Source: a virus
Taxonomy: Duplodnaviria > Caudoviricetes
DNA: 64,000 bases
IMG/VR virus record: IMGVR_UViG_2912838376_000002
Location: 128,001-192,000 of that record
Reading direction: 5' to 3' (one strand)
Shown: positions 21,101 through 30,719 of the stretch, piece by piece
How positions within the stretch are numbered: position 1 is the stretch's first letter
Layout of the letters: each line of letters begins with the position of its first letter
The notes under the pieces: model-generated
What the model was told of the DNA's origin: nothing
Database searches by the model: none
Seen by the model: only the letters and a program-made list of their open reading frames with translations
Position numbers and translations under genes: made by a program

Positions 21101-21675
21101 CCTTCATTGTTTTTAGCAATCATAAGCAAGTGAGCTATTCTAGGAGACCATTCAAATAAACGCTTTTGTTTGTCATCTTGCTTTCCTGATAAATACCAAC
21201 GAGTAGATTTTTTCAGTGCGTCAAACGCTACTGGATCCTTTTCATATAACTTCGCCAAGAACTCAATATGTTCAGGCTTCGTAGTTTTACCCTTAGTGAA
21301 TGAGTCTCTTTGCTTCTTTTCAAAAGCTATATACTCTTCACTTTCTAATTTAGCTAGTTCTTCTTTTGTACGATACGCAACATCAGTGTAGTTGATTCTA
21401 TCAAAATCTGCTTTTTTCCACTGTTTTCTAGGGGCGATGTATCCTTCCATTCCAAGAACCGGATGAATACCTGCTGCCTTACATTTTTTGTAGAACTGAA
21501 TATGTGCGAAACACGTACCATGATCACTTACACCAATTGAATCCATACCAAATTCTTGAGCTAATTTTATCATTGGATCAATACGACAGAATCCATCTAA
21601 CAAACTACCTTCTGGTGTATGTAAATGTAAATGTGCGAAAGGTACTATTCTGTGATTCGTGAGTGTCATCGTCAT
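18118..21675 (-). CDS. dnaE: DNA polymerase III alpha subunit (DnaE type)
   Basis: PHP HLHLHT..SLLDG, GPGRGSAAGS, FERFINPER..PDIDTD, KFDFLGL, YAFNRSHA, C-terminal OB fold. Confidence 0.96.
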   Translation of the reverse strand: MTMTLTNHRIVPFAHLHLHTPEGSLLDGFCRIDPMIKLAQEFGMDSIGVSDHGTCFAHIQFYKKCKAAGIHPVLGMEGYIAPRKQWKKADFDRINYTDVAYRTKEELAKLESEEYIAFEKKQRDSFTKGKTTKPEHIEFLAKLYEKDPVAFDALKKSTRWYLSGKQDDKQKRLFEWSPRIAHLLMIAKNNEGYQNLIKLTTIGSVEGFYGKPRFDYGDIKKYGKGIIATSSCLGGTIPQLIRRGKFRVAKNHIKFYQKCFDEFYLEIQPSTMEEQIFVNNILIEWSKELGVPLVATSDAHMLRPEDRPVHKAITSINKGKDEDESDIDVYEHCVFYSAEEMLAMGMPEEALINAYNIAHSCHVDLDESSIKYPEFEVPEDFDFDSYLAHISNKGLMEKIAEGNFVGKNFYKMYRKYKRRLDYELEVIKNKNISAYMLIVWDYINYAKRNGILVGPGRGSAAGSLVAYVTGITNLDPIRYNLLFERFINPERPGFPDIDTDFDYLRRHEVIEYVTKKYGADKVAQIATFGTLSTKSALKDIGRALGIDHNEINEVNKYIPSHQGKVMPISEALEEIKEVKAYAKKYPRLFELALEVESMPRTQGIHACGMLITAEPITNEVALVRGKGGESVAGYDGPTLEAKGYIKFDFLGLKNLSVVELCRRMVEDRYGYLIDVDNLIPEDQKTFDMIQRGETDGIFQIESDGMKKMFMGLNKVDFETLIAGVSLYRPGPMDYIPKYTALANGHEEVPEVHPAFDEITRNTFSIMIYQEQVMQVSTEMAGYSKGEADVLRKAVGKKKIEILEPALEELHNRLTLNNVPAQVATKICDDIRPFAGYAFNRSHAACYAYIAYQTAYLKANYPLEYMTALLQVFYTEEDKVVKLVKVIRDMGIEVLPPDINRSEIGFTIDGENAIRFGLGAIKGLGEATLEAILEERKPRMAPAIRDADGLETIISQEEADEIEATPDLDIVVGSVAVGGPFTSAKDVINRIPKKNFNKKAIASLCYSGAFDTLSEGLCNNRFEYLAHMYDVRGEAPDAELIEQITKYTDRIKFEKEREVLGLYISGHVLDRLAEPTDWEGLDDATHTTMVALTEARVIRTKKGDNMAFLRVDTLEGERSLTLFPSHYEQVKEGLVAGMIMKVGIKGQMNWQRNQKDFIVNSITIPKKINKDIWKQIEKDNVQLGVA

Positions 21676-22337
21676 TCTTCTTCGTCCTCGTCTTCATCAT
21701 CTTCGTATTCATCATCTTCGTATTCATCAATACCATTAATATTTGCTACTATGCTATTGATATATGACACAACATTTGTTTCACTTTTAAACTTATAGAG
21801 ACCACCTGGATTCTCATCCATCTTGTTACAAATCCCATAATAGTTGTACTCATTTTCTCGTGTCATATTTTCAAAGAGATAGATTGCGACTAATGCGCTT
21901 AATTCAACAAGGCCGTCGTATTCGTAAACATACTCATCCGATGAATCAAGATACGCTGATGAAAACATATATGCTTGCTCTACTATGAAGAAGTCATGAA
22001 ACTGTAAAGGCAATGTAGAATTCCCATTGTGACGATACTTAAACATTTCTTCACGCTTAACTCTACCTTCAGCGGTTAATTCTTTCTTTTTCCTTAGATA
22101 AACAGTTAACACTTCGCACAATAAAGGAAAGTTATTAATCATTCTGTGATTGCTTATGTCATAACAAGATGAAGCTTCCCTTTTAAACAATTTAGGTACA
22201 ACCATTTCCTTGCCAACATCTAAAACCTTCATAGAAGAGATGAGAACGTCTTTACCTGCGTCTATTTGTGTTAATTGCTTCGTTGCTAATTGATTAATCC
22301 CATACAAAAGGGATTGGATAAGAAACTTATCGTCCAT
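21672..22337 (-). CDS. hypothetical protein with poly-acidic tail
   Basis: 221 aa, overlaps the dnaE start; ends DEYEDDEYEDDEDEDEEE. Confidence 0.65.
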   Translation of the reverse strand: MDDKFLIQSLLYGINQLATKQLTQIDAGKDVLISSMKVLDVGKEMVVPKLFKREASSCYDISNHRMINNFPLLCEVLTVYLRKKKELTAEGRVKREEMFKYRHNGNSTLPLQFHDFFIVEQAYMFSSAYLDSSDEYVYEYDGLVELSALVAIYLFENMTRENEYNYYGICNKMDENPGGLYKFKSETNVVSYINSIVANINGIDEYEDDEYEDDEDEDEEE

Positions 22338-22393
22338 CTACTTCTCTCCTTCCGGAAAACAAGGGTAGCCGTAACTACCCTATATTTTCTTCA

Positions 22394-22747
22394 TTACCAG
22401 CCAGTTCTCGAATGTTGAATATTCTCCGTAGAACTATTGATGTCTCGCATCATTTGCTCTAAGTGGCTAATAACTTGATTGATTTGAACTTGTTGTCCAT
22501 CAATACGGTAGGCGAATGCTCGTAATCCTTCACGAGTAATTGGAGTAGTTGCATTTGATGCATCGATAATTTCTTTTTCAATAACATCCGAACCATCTAC
22601 AACACTTTTTAGCATTTGTAGTGCGAATTGTACTTTATCAGCAACGTGACGAATATCTTGTGCTACAAATCTTGCATTTGTATTTCCCCAGTCAGATGCT
22701 AATAAATTGCTTCCACCGGGTTGTGGGTTGTAATTATTCATATTCAT
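22394..22747 (-). CDS. hypothetical helical protein
   Basis: 117-aa ORF, GGAGG SD. Confidence 0.6.
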   Translation of the reverse strand: MNMNNYNPQPGGSNLLASDWGNTNARFVAQDIRHVADKVQFALQMLKSVVDGSDVIEKEIIDASNATTPITREGLRAFAYRIDGQQVQINQVISHLEQMMRDINSSTENIQHSRTGW

Positions 22748-22756
22748 ATCCTCCGA

Positions 22757-23176
22757 TTACTTCTGATAACGATCTGTTAGTTCATCCAGCTTCTTACAAT
22801 GACCACTCACAACATCTGTTAATTGGTCAATTTCATCAGTGTACTTATCAACATCAGCAATATTACGTTGAACCTCTTGCATGTTGTCACCGATTGTCTG
22901 AACTTTTGCCGTTACCTCATCCGTAATAGAAGCTAATGAGTTTTTAATATGAATTGGTGCTTCTGGACCAATCTGTTGTGCTAAACGAGACATCAGCTGC
23001 GGAATCTGTTGTAAGATTTTTTCAGCTGAACGTAATTCACGTCCACAAGAGTTTAATTCCGAGTCAATTTTATCCGTTGCGCGGTCAATTTGAGCCTGAA
23101 CAGTCATACGAATCTCTACTGCTATATCGTCAACATCATTACATAATTGACGTACTGCACTTTTCCCTACTATCAT
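22757..23176 (-). CDS. hypothetical coiled-coil protein
   Basis: 139 aa, heptad pattern, GGAGG SD. Confidence 0.6.
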   Translation of the reverse strand: MIVGKSAVRQLCNDVDDIAVEIRMTVQAQIDRATDKIDSELNSCGRELRSAEKILQQIPQLMSRLAQQIGPEAPIHIKNSLASITDEVTAKVQTIGDNMQEVQRNIADVDKYTDEIDQLTDVVSGHCKKLDELTDRYQK

Positions 23177-23250
23177 CTATGTTTTTCCTCCAGTATGTTC
23201 ATTGTTTAATAGTAAGAAGCGGGAAGAACCCGCCTCATATAACTAGGCTA

Positions 23251-24045
23251 TTAAACTAAGCCTGCAACTACTTTACCTTCTTCTACTTTGAACGCAAGTT
23301 CGAAACCTTCTTCTTCAACTAAGTAAGAAGCAAGTGAAGTTAAGATGAAAGCTGTGTATTCGTGAGCGTATTCTACAGGCTCTGTAAAACCTAATTCATT
23401 CGCTTTTGCATAGAAAGAACTTGCGAATAAAACTTCATATACTTCAATTACTTTAGGATCTAAGCTGATTACCTGGCCAGCAGCATCGTCATGAATGATA
23501 TCATCAACAATTGTATTAAGAATGCCTTTGATTTTATCTTCAGTTGTTTTAGCGGCTTGTTGCTCTTCTACTTGTCCTTTGATATGAGCAGAAAGGTTAA
23601 ATGCTGGCTTAGCTTCAGCTTGAGCTTTAATACCTTCTACAAGTTTTTTGTAATTAAGTTGCTCTTTAATAGAAGCAGATACATCAACTTGTGGTTCTTG
23701 CTTGATGTAAGGAATAATTACTGGGTTAATCTCTGCTTTTGGAGCTTGTTGACGAATAAAGTTAGAAAGTTCTTGAGCAGAGAATTGAGAAACTGATTTT
23801 ACAGCAGGTGCAAGCTCTTGTTTTACTTCTTCGCGAGCAACTTCTTCTACAGAAGAGAATAATGTTTCAAGTAATGCCTCAACAATAAGACGAGGGCCTA
23901 CTTCGTTAAGTGCTGCAACAATTTCTTCGCCTTGTGGATGAACTTCCATTAATGCCTTGAAGTCTAATACTTCTTGTGGAGTTGCATGGATTAATGACTT
24001 TGCTACTGATTCGATATATTCCTTAGTTAATGTTAATGTTTTCAT
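23251..24045 (-). CDS. acidic hypothetical protein with repeated LxxxIxxQ motifs
   Basis: 264 aa, AGGAGG SD. Confidence 0.65.
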   Translation of the reverse strand: MKTLTLTKEYIESVAKSLIHATPQEVLDFKALMEVHPQGEEIVAALNEVGPRLIVEALLETLFSSVEEVAREEVKQELAPAVKSVSQFSAQELSNFIRQQAPKAEINPVIIPYIKQEPQVDVSASIKEQLNYKKLVEGIKAQAEAKPAFNLSAHIKGQVEEQQAAKTTEDKIKGILNTIVDDIIHDDAAGQVISLDPKVIEVYEVLFASSFYAKANELGFTEPVEYAHEYTAFILTSLASYLVEEEGFELAFKVEEGKVVAGLV

Positions 24046-24070
24046 AATTAAATTCCTCCTGAGTTATCTC

Positions 24071-24337
24071 TTAGTGTGTTTGAGTATTTGTTACGGGTTT
24101 TACATAGCGTTCGATACCTACAATGTCAAACACATGAAGCTCTACTCTAGTTGAGAAATGCTTAATAACGTTTAGGACGTCTTCTTGTGTTTTTAAAGTA
24201 CTAGGATCTAAGATGTACTTACTTCCTCCAATAAGGAAATCAGATACATCAGGAACAACTACATCTGGTACTACATCCGGAAGAATACCTTCTACCGGTT
24301 CTAATTCTTCAGTTGTCAACCTGTTCATCTCCCTCAT
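24071..24337 (-). CDS. hypothetical protein
   Basis: 88-aa ORF; likely start MNRL with GAGGGAG SD. Confidence 0.55.
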   Translation of the reverse strand: MREMNRLTTEELEPVEGILPDVVPDVVVPDVSDFLIGGSKYILDPSTLKTQEDVLNVIKHFSTRVELHVFDIVGIERYVKPVTNTQTH

Positions 24338-24344
24338 GATTTGG

Positions 24345-24880
24345 TTTACTGTTTCTTGGTTTTTGTAGTCTTTTAGATTACCGACTGTCTTTCTGTCTTT
24401 GGTGACTGTCTTTTATGAAACAGTCGATAACCTAAATCGATAACAAAAACTTTATAGATGACATCTACTCAGGTACTTATACTTTTGGTTAGCTGCCGAG
24501 TTGTAGTAGATCATAATATACCTACCCTACTGCCGAAGATAAGACTTCAACATGTAGGATAGGATAAATGTAATGACACTTTTACTTTTGTATAAGTACC
24601 TGAGAGATTATGAGTCACCGCTGTTTTTACATAAGGTTTCCCTTCATACGAACACAATGCTAATCCTGCCCAACACTGTATTGTCCGTAAGCTACGTTCT
24701 CGTAAGAACCAGGACTCCACCCGACCTTTTTCTGCAAGAGGTAGTCGTCACCCCTCTAAGACTCCTCTCCCGGACGTAAACAGCGGAAATTCCTTGACTG
24801 ATGGAGAGTACGCTGATTTTATGCATTGGCTCAGCTCACCTTACCTCTTATTTCAAGTCGATTTAAGGGCGCTCGACTAT
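24345..24880 (-). ncRNA. candidate large structured RNA
   Basis: Roughly 640-bp gene-free gap with perfect 15-bp and 9-bp long-range stems and tetraloop hairpins. Confidence 0.45.
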
Positions 24881-24981
24881 TATTCTTTTTTCGCTTGTAC
24901 AAACACAACCATTTAAAAACGAAAAGTCAATAGGTCAGGAGAAAATAGTATTCTTAAATTTTTGGGTAAATAAAAAAGACG

Positions 24982-25401
24982 CTATTCAGCGCCTTCTTCT
25001 GGTAGTATATTAATCTCTCTAACTAATACACGAAAAGGTTCATATCCATGCGGTACAATAATATCTGTGCCTGCTTTTGATAGAAACCTGCATTCTCTTT
25101 TTAAAGCAAACAGTTTTCCACTTGCAATTACAACGTCACCTTTCTTGGCTCCGAGATTTCTCCATAGAACACCAGGTACTAAAATTAGTAATTCACCAAG
25201 ACCATCTTCAAGTGTTACATAGGAAAGATCTCCTTCTGTTTGGTCATTGTATTTATACATGTCAAAAACAAGTTTGATTTTTCCACCACAAACCACTTCT
25301 TGTCCGTCTTCTCCATCTTTCTGAAGAATGTAGGAGAATCCACTAATATGTGGTTGTATCTGTTTCATTAACTTAGCTGCTTCTTCATTTGTTAATTGCA
25401 T
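24982..25401 (-). CDS. stand-alone OB-fold protein resembling the DnaE OB domain
   Basis: LSYVTLEDGLGELLILVP...GDVVIASGKL pattern. Confidence 0.6.
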   Translation of the reverse strand: MQLTNEEAAKLMKQIQPHISGFSYILQKDGEDGQEVVCGGKIKLVFDMYKYNDQTEGDLSYVTLEDGLGELLILVPGVLWRNLGAKKGDVVIASGKLFALKRECRFLSKAGTDIIVPHGYEPFRVLVREINILPEEGAE

Positions 25402-26078
25402 GTATATTCGCCCCTTTCATATTTATCTAAGAGTTGGTTAACAAGCCCGTCTGTGATCTTATTATGCTCTCTTGGTATGTGCTTTAACTCTACATTAGGG
25501 ATACTATCTAATTTGCTAATTAAATCTAAAACATATTCTTTAAATACTCTTTGCTGTGGTAATTTTTGTTGAATGTGTTGAACCATTGATGCACAATCAG
25601 TTAGAAATATTATTCTTTTAGCTGAAGCCCTATACTTCTCAACAAATAGTAACGCTTGAAGCAATCCATGATACTCAGCAAATGTAGAATTAATATCAAT
25701 CTTTTCACCAGAAGGTAACTGAATAGAATCACCAATAAAAGAAGATTCATGTGTTAACATCTTCTGATCACCATAAATAGCAAATGCACTTGCAGCGATA
25801 GATTCCTGACTAACATCATGATTATTTCTTACACCACCATCAGTAAAAACAATAATAGTTTCATAGTTCTTTCTGAATGCTTTTCTTGTTTTTAACTCTT
25901 CTAACAGAGCGCCTACATCATAGCCATTTTCTTTAAGTTCTTTCAATAGCATATCTTGCTTTTTAGAAATTTCTTTTGCTTTGTCTTGCTCCCCGCGTTC
26001 CATATGTTCTTCAAAAGAAAAAAACAGATGGCTAAAATCCTGAGCCATCTGCTGATTTGAATTAAGCAATAAATTCAT
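25392..26078 (-). CDS. ribonuclease HI family protein with N-terminal helical extension
   Basis: VFTDGG, AEYHGL, FLTD, HIPREHNKITD catalytic pattern. Confidence 0.85.
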   Translation of the reverse strand: MNLLLNSNQQMAQDFSHLFFSFEEHMERGEQDKAKEISKKQDMLLKELKENGYDVGALLEELKTRKAFRKNYETIIVFTDGGVRNNHDVSQESIAASAFAIYGDQKMLTHESSFIGDSIQLPSGEKIDINSTFAEYHGLLQALLFVEKYRASAKRIIFLTDCASMVQHIQQKLPQQRVFKEYVLDLISKLDSIPNVELKHIPREHNKITDGLVNQLLDKYERGEYTCN

Positions 26079-26937
26079 CGATTACACTCTTCTTATTTAG
26101 GAACGTACGAGTAGTACCTTGCTGTGTGTCAAAAGTAACTGCAAAGTATTTTAAGCCGGGAAGCTCTTCGTTTTCTGTATTAGCTGTTAATAAGATATTG
26201 GCAAACTTAAATAGTTCAGTAGCAGCAGTAATGTTTGTCATGATATTTTGTGGATGTGATACAGCTGCTTCATCACAACTTAATTCAGTTGGAAGCTTAT
26301 CTCCACCTTCAAGAATCTCTGGAAACATTTCTGTAACCGTCGGTGTGCGGAACCAATTGTTGTCACCATATGCATCTTGGTTATAGATTTTCCCAGGAAC
26401 AAAACCACAAACAACCTGACCGTTTAAGAATTCATTACCACTACTTAAAGAATAGATACCACGCATTTTCTTTTTCAAGTTTTGAACTGCTTCATGAATG
26501 AAGACACGAGTTTTGTTATTATCCACGCAATCAACAATAACTGGAATCTGAGTGTTAATGTCATTACAACTAGCAATTACGATATCTTCTAACATCTTAG
26601 TAGAAGTAATGTATTGGTCTAGGAATCGGATATTTGTCTGGAAAGCAACTCCGTATCTAGTAGATAAAACTTCTGCTTTGTTACTATCAAGATCTTTTTC
26701 TACAAAGTTTTGGCGATTAAGGTTAGATAAACTAACTTCATCTTGGTCTATGATAAGTAATTTATGCTCGGGTAATCGCTCAATGCGACGTAGTTTATTA
26801 GTAATAGAGATTTGTCGTGCTAAGTTTGGAATAAAGTAACCACCTGTACCACCAGCGCCAACAACAACAAAAACTTTTGCCATTTGATAGCTAGTATTTA
26901 ACGTAAAGGTTGGTTCTAAATTTAATTGGAATGCCAT
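26062..26937 (-). CDS. ThiF/E1-like ubiquitin-activating enzyme (PRTRC type)
   Basis: GAGGTGG, D.V..SNLNRQNF, NKAEVL..RY, DCVDNNKTR, LSC putative catalytic Cys; likely start MAFQL with GGGAG SD. Confidence 0.9.
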   Translation of the reverse strand: MAFQLNLEPTFTLNTSYQMAKVFVVVGAGGTGGYFIPNLARQISITNKLRRIERLPEHKLLIIDQDEVSLSNLNRQNFVEKDLDSNKAEVLSTRYGVAFQTNIRFLDQYITSTKMLEDIVIASCNDINTQIPVIVDCVDNNKTRVFIHEAVQNLKKKMRGIYSLSSGNEFLNGQVVCGFVPGKIYNQDAYGDNNWFRTPTVTEMFPEILEGGDKLPTELSCDEAAVSHPQNIMTNITAATELFKFANILLTANTENEELPGLKYFAVTFDTQQGTTRTFLNKKSVIDEFIA

Positions 26938-26996
26938 TATTTTTCTCCCTTCCTGTATAGCATAAAGTGTCGGGGCGTTAGCCCCGCACACATTTA

Positions 26997-28187
26997 TTAA
27001 ATTGCATTTTGTTTCATACCATGAATGGTAGATTCAATTACTTGTGAATAACCATGTCGTTCATATTCCGAACACAAATCATAAATATTGTCTCGAATAT
27101 CTAATTTGTTTTTTTCATCAGCTAAGTTCATAAACTGAATCACTTCAGCACCTTCAAAACCTGAACCTGTAATTGTATGACCTGACATTAATACCGAAGA
27201 AAGATCTTCTTCAAAAGCTGGGTTAAATGCATTCGGATCGTGTTCAAAATCCCATCCGATTTGGTCAAGTCCTCCATCGAAACGGGAGACATATCTGTTG
27301 CTACGGGGAAAGGTTCCTCGTCCGCCTATTGTAGGTATCGCTGGTACAATTCTTTTTGCAGTATGTTGATCCATCCATTCAGCAGGATAGTCAAGTTTCT
27401 TGAATGGTCCTTTAAACATATGATGTTCTTGATTGATAGAAGTTATTGGTTCTAAAGTTTCATCTTCAAAAGTAATAACTTCTGTCGTAGTCGTCGTTGC
27501 CATTGGCCATTCAAATAATACATCCGGACTAATTTCAATTTTTGCATCACCACTTACATAACGGAATGCAAATTTTGGTTGTTGATTTGTAATATAGCCC
27601 CATACTCCATAAAACTGTGTAGCATTTTCATTCGCATTATCTGTGCTACTAAAGTATGCGTTCATGGTATGGTGACTGTGTGTTTCGCAAAGAATACAGA
27701 GATTAGTTCTTAACCAGTCTACTACCGGATCTTTGTGAAACTCAGAAAGACCACCTTGGTTTTCTTGACGTGGCACATAAACAACAAGTTGTCCTTCAGA
27801 CATTAATCCTTTAACTGGTGAGTTATCAGAATACACATCTGGTAAACGTTTATTGTCTTTGTTCCAGAAGAACAATAGTGATGCTTCTGTTTTATCTTTT
27901 TCATAAACATCTAAATAGAAGCTTAGTGCCATTTGTAAAAATTTAAATGGAATCTTTGGAACAAGAAGTTCTGGGCCTTCTTCCATTGTCTTTAAACCTG
28001 GAATTGGTTTCTTGTATTCTTGAACCTTTACTTTAAAAATAGCAATTGGTGTTTTCTCAACACGGAATAATCCGTTTGCTGCAGTAACGTAATTAATCTT
28101 TTTCAAAGTGTCTGTGTTGTAATGGTCATTGTAAGCAAGATACCCTGTTACTTGACTCGCTAGTAGATTTGTAAGATTAAGTGTCAT
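26997..28187 (-). CDS. JAB/MPN metallopeptidase (PRTRC protein A-like)
   Basis: TEA...ETHSHHTMNAYFSSTDNANE JAMM motif; YGVWG. Confidence 0.88.
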   Translation of the reverse strand: MTLNLTNLLASQVTGYLAYNDHYNTDTLKKINYVTAANGLFRVEKTPIAIFKVKVQEYKKPIPGLKTMEEGPELLVPKIPFKFLQMALSFYLDVYEKDKTEASLLFFWNKDNKRLPDVYSDNSPVKGLMSEGQLVVYVPRQENQGGLSEFHKDPVVDWLRTNLCILCETHSHHTMNAYFSSTDNANENATQFYGVWGYITNQQPKFAFRYVSGDAKIEISPDVLFEWPMATTTTTEVITFEDETLEPITSINQEHHMFKGPFKKLDYPAEWMDQHTAKRIVPAIPTIGGRGTFPRSNRYVSRFDGGLDQIGWDFEHDPNAFNPAFEEDLSSVLMSGHTITGSGFEGAEVIQFMNLADEKNKLDIRDNIYDLCSEYERHGYSQVIESTIHGMKQNAI

Positions 28188-28343
28188 TATCTTTTCTCCC
28201 GTTCTTTTCTTTTTCTATCAAAGATAGTTTTATACACTAGTATAAATCAGAAAACAACAGATTCCCCTACTAACAATGGTAATACACTATAATCTAGGGG
28301 AATCTATTAATTTCTAATAAATTAACGTATATTCCATTAAAAA

Positions 28344-29105
28344 TTAACGGAATATCCCCGGTAAATATGTTTTGATTGCAGTGTCTACATCCATTGTCCC
28401 AGCTGGTTTTAACGAGTCAAACGGATAAGAGTACGCCTCCCCTGCTTCTTTTGCAGCTTTTAGCTTATTCGCTTCGTTCATCATGTGATAAATAGCCGAT
28501 TCTGTATTTTCGGTGTTCCCATTAGGATGTGTCCATTCAAATGGTTTTACACGATTACCTGATAAATCATAGTTAAACGGCTGTGAAAAGAATCGAGCCG
28601 GAATACTTTGAATTGATTTAGGAACAGGTACCTCAGGTAGAGTTCTACCCCAACAAATACCATGACTCGTACCAATATTACAAAACGGTGCATGTAATAC
28701 CTTATCTTTTAATGACAGAAGTTCATGTTTTAGAACGTAAGTTATTGAGTGAGTTAATTTCTTTTTACCGTTTGGATCTGTCATTACTTCGAAAACCCAC
28801 AACATAGGTGGAATTGGTAGAGTAACTTCAGTAGGTAACCCACTACTACGCCCAATATCAAATTTAACAACACGCTCTGTTGGTGGTGTCGTTAGCACAT
28901 ATCCTTCATAGTGATTTTTACGATAATACTTAACAACTCCCCATTGAGAAGGAAGCAACGGTGTTTCCATTGCTTGTTCTTTCATGAAGATTTGCTGAAT
29001 TGTTTCGATGTTTGTATTTTTAATTGCTTTGATACCATCTTTGTTAACCGTCTCTACAGTTACTTTTTCTGGCTCTAAGACAATCGTAGTTTTTGGTGTA
29101 ACCAT
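28344..29105 (-). CDS. prokaryotic E2-like conjugating enzyme (Prok-E2_D / PRTRC B-like)
   Basis: P.PPMLW...LHAPFCNI...GICWG...FF.QPFN.DL signature. Confidence 0.8.
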   Translation of the reverse strand: MVTPKTTIVLEPEKVTVETVNKDGIKAIKNTNIETIQQIFMKEQAMETPLLPSQWGVVKYYRKNHYEGYVLTTPPTERVVKFDIGRSSGLPTEVTLPIPPMLWVFEVMTDPNGKKKLTHSITYVLKHELLSLKDKVLHAPFCNIGTSHGICWGRTLPEVPVPKSIQSIPARFFSQPFNYDLSGNRVKPFEWTHPNGNTENTESAIYHMMNEANKLKAAKEAGEAYSYPFDSLKPAGTMDVDTAIKTYLPGIFR

Positions 29106-29120
29106 ATTTTCTCCTCCAAG

Positions 29121-30701
29121 TTATCCTGTGTAATGTTGCATTGTAAGAATTGCTCTTTGCCTTGACATCTCTCTGTGTCTGAAAGAATAAATCGTGTAGA
29201 GTCCAGCGTTCAATTGAAGGGCTTTAAAGATCTTATCAATATCAGTATTGATATAAATTTCACTTATTCCCTCTTCATTCATTCGAATGCCCGCATGATT
29301 GCCTGTGTTATCTTTAAGAATAAGATAACCATTTGGATGTCTACCCGTTTTCTTTAGAAGTTCTCTATTGAATGACAGATTGCTTTTCTCAAATTGATAC
29401 TCAGCAGCATGAATAAACACTGGTCCTGTCTCCTTGTCTTCTTCATTCTCGAAATATGTAGAAGAAGCCATGAAATCGTCGATGATTTTCTTGTAATCCA
29501 ATGTTTGATCTTCCTTGATAGTGTCAATAATAGACTTAAGAGTTTCATTTTCTTCTAATTGAATATCTTCCACTGGGTTATCTAAAGAATCCACTAGATT
29601 CTTACAGATTCCCATATCTTCCACTAATTCCTCAGGGATAAGTGCAAGGAAGTCTTCATAAGAAGCCTTAACAAAGATGTTGTTGTTGATAATGAATGGG
29701 TTTGCCCCTTCTAAACTACGCGGTGATTCATCGTCATAACCCGTGTATTGACCAACACCTAAATACTTTAACACTTCCGTATCAGTTGGAAGTGTTTCAG
29801 AAATCATAATTGGCTTAGCTACATAACTAGAATCATCGCTTATATCGTGCGACGAATAGATATGTACGGACGAACCAATATACATTAAGTCATCTAGTGT
29901 AGGTGTTTTAACAAATACCTGACGGTTATGTTCTTTACATAGTTCACGTAATTCATCATCCTCAATCAACGCAACCGGGATAACAATTTTGGAAAGAATC
30001 TCTTTAAGATGAATAATTCCAAAACGAATATGTTCTTCACGAAGAGATGCTTGAAGTCGTTCATCAAAAGCTTTAACTGCTTTGTTTAATGTTTTATAAT
30101 CCTCACGAAGATCATCGATATATTTCTTTTCTGAATTCACTCGACTTATTAAACTACTAAAATACTGAAATTCAGTAGTAACTCCAACAGGCTTACCACT
30201 TCTGTCTTTTGGTAGGAATAGTGGCCCTGTAGCTGGAATCTCATTCGTTCTAAAAACAAGACTTTTATCTTCCCCTGCTGTACATACATCACTAATTCGT
30301 GGGTTGTAGTTATTAGCACGGAATCTTCTCCAGAAATCATAGTTATATGACTGAAGAAACGAGTCCCTAAAACGAGCCATGTTTTTATATTTATTATAGG
30401 CCTCTATCATTTCTGATGTGTTTTCATCCATTTTTAAAGTGAAGACATCACCATGAACCACATCACCATTAACTTGCTCATGAGCAATGTTGTAGTAATC
30501 CGAAAGACCTTGCATTATTTTATTTGTTACCTCAAAGAAAAACTGCTTCGATTGCTCCAAATCATTAGTAGGAAGTTGTTCCAGTTTTCCCTGAAGTTCT
30601 TCAATAATCTCACTAAACTCGTTACCTCTGAGGTGTGATTTTAAAGTGAATAATATATTGAATATTCCTCGGCGAAATTGGACATCATTATTAATAATCA
30701 T
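29121..30701 (-). CDS. large hypothetical protein in the ubiquitin-like operon
   Basis: 526 aa, between the Ubl and E2 genes (PRTRC F position); no motif recognised. Confidence 0.65.
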   Translation of the reverse strand: MIINNDVQFRRGIFNILFTLKSHLRGNEFSEIIEELQGKLEQLPTNDLEQSKQFFFEVTNKIMQGLSDYYNIAHEQVNGDVVHGDVFTLKMDENTSEMIEAYNKYKNMARFRDSFLQSYNYDFWRRFRANNYNPRISDVCTAGEDKSLVFRTNEIPATGPLFLPKDRSGKPVGVTTEFQYFSSLISRVNSEKKYIDDLREDYKTLNKAVKAFDERLQASLREEHIRFGIIHLKEILSKIVIPVALIEDDELRELCKEHNRQVFVKTPTLDDLMYIGSSVHIYSSHDISDDSSYVAKPIMISETLPTDTEVLKYLGVGQYTGYDDESPRSLEGANPFIINNNIFVKASYEDFLALIPEELVEDMGICKNLVDSLDNPVEDIQLEENETLKSIIDTIKEDQTLDYKKIIDDFMASSTYFENEEDKETGPVFIHAAEYQFEKSNLSFNRELLKKTGRHPNGYLILKDNTGNHAGIRMNEEGISEIYINTDIDKIFKALQLNAGLYTIYSFRHREMSRQRAILTMQHYTG

Positions 30702-30719
30702 CCAAACTCTCCTTTCCCA

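Noticed and set aside
21130-21430. Intein in dnaE
   Set aside because: Insertion lacks the N-terminal Cys/Ser, C-terminal His-Asn and LAGLIDADG motifs
24573-24779. 68-aa + strand ORF
   Set aside because: No SD, against local gene orientation, overlaps the structured region
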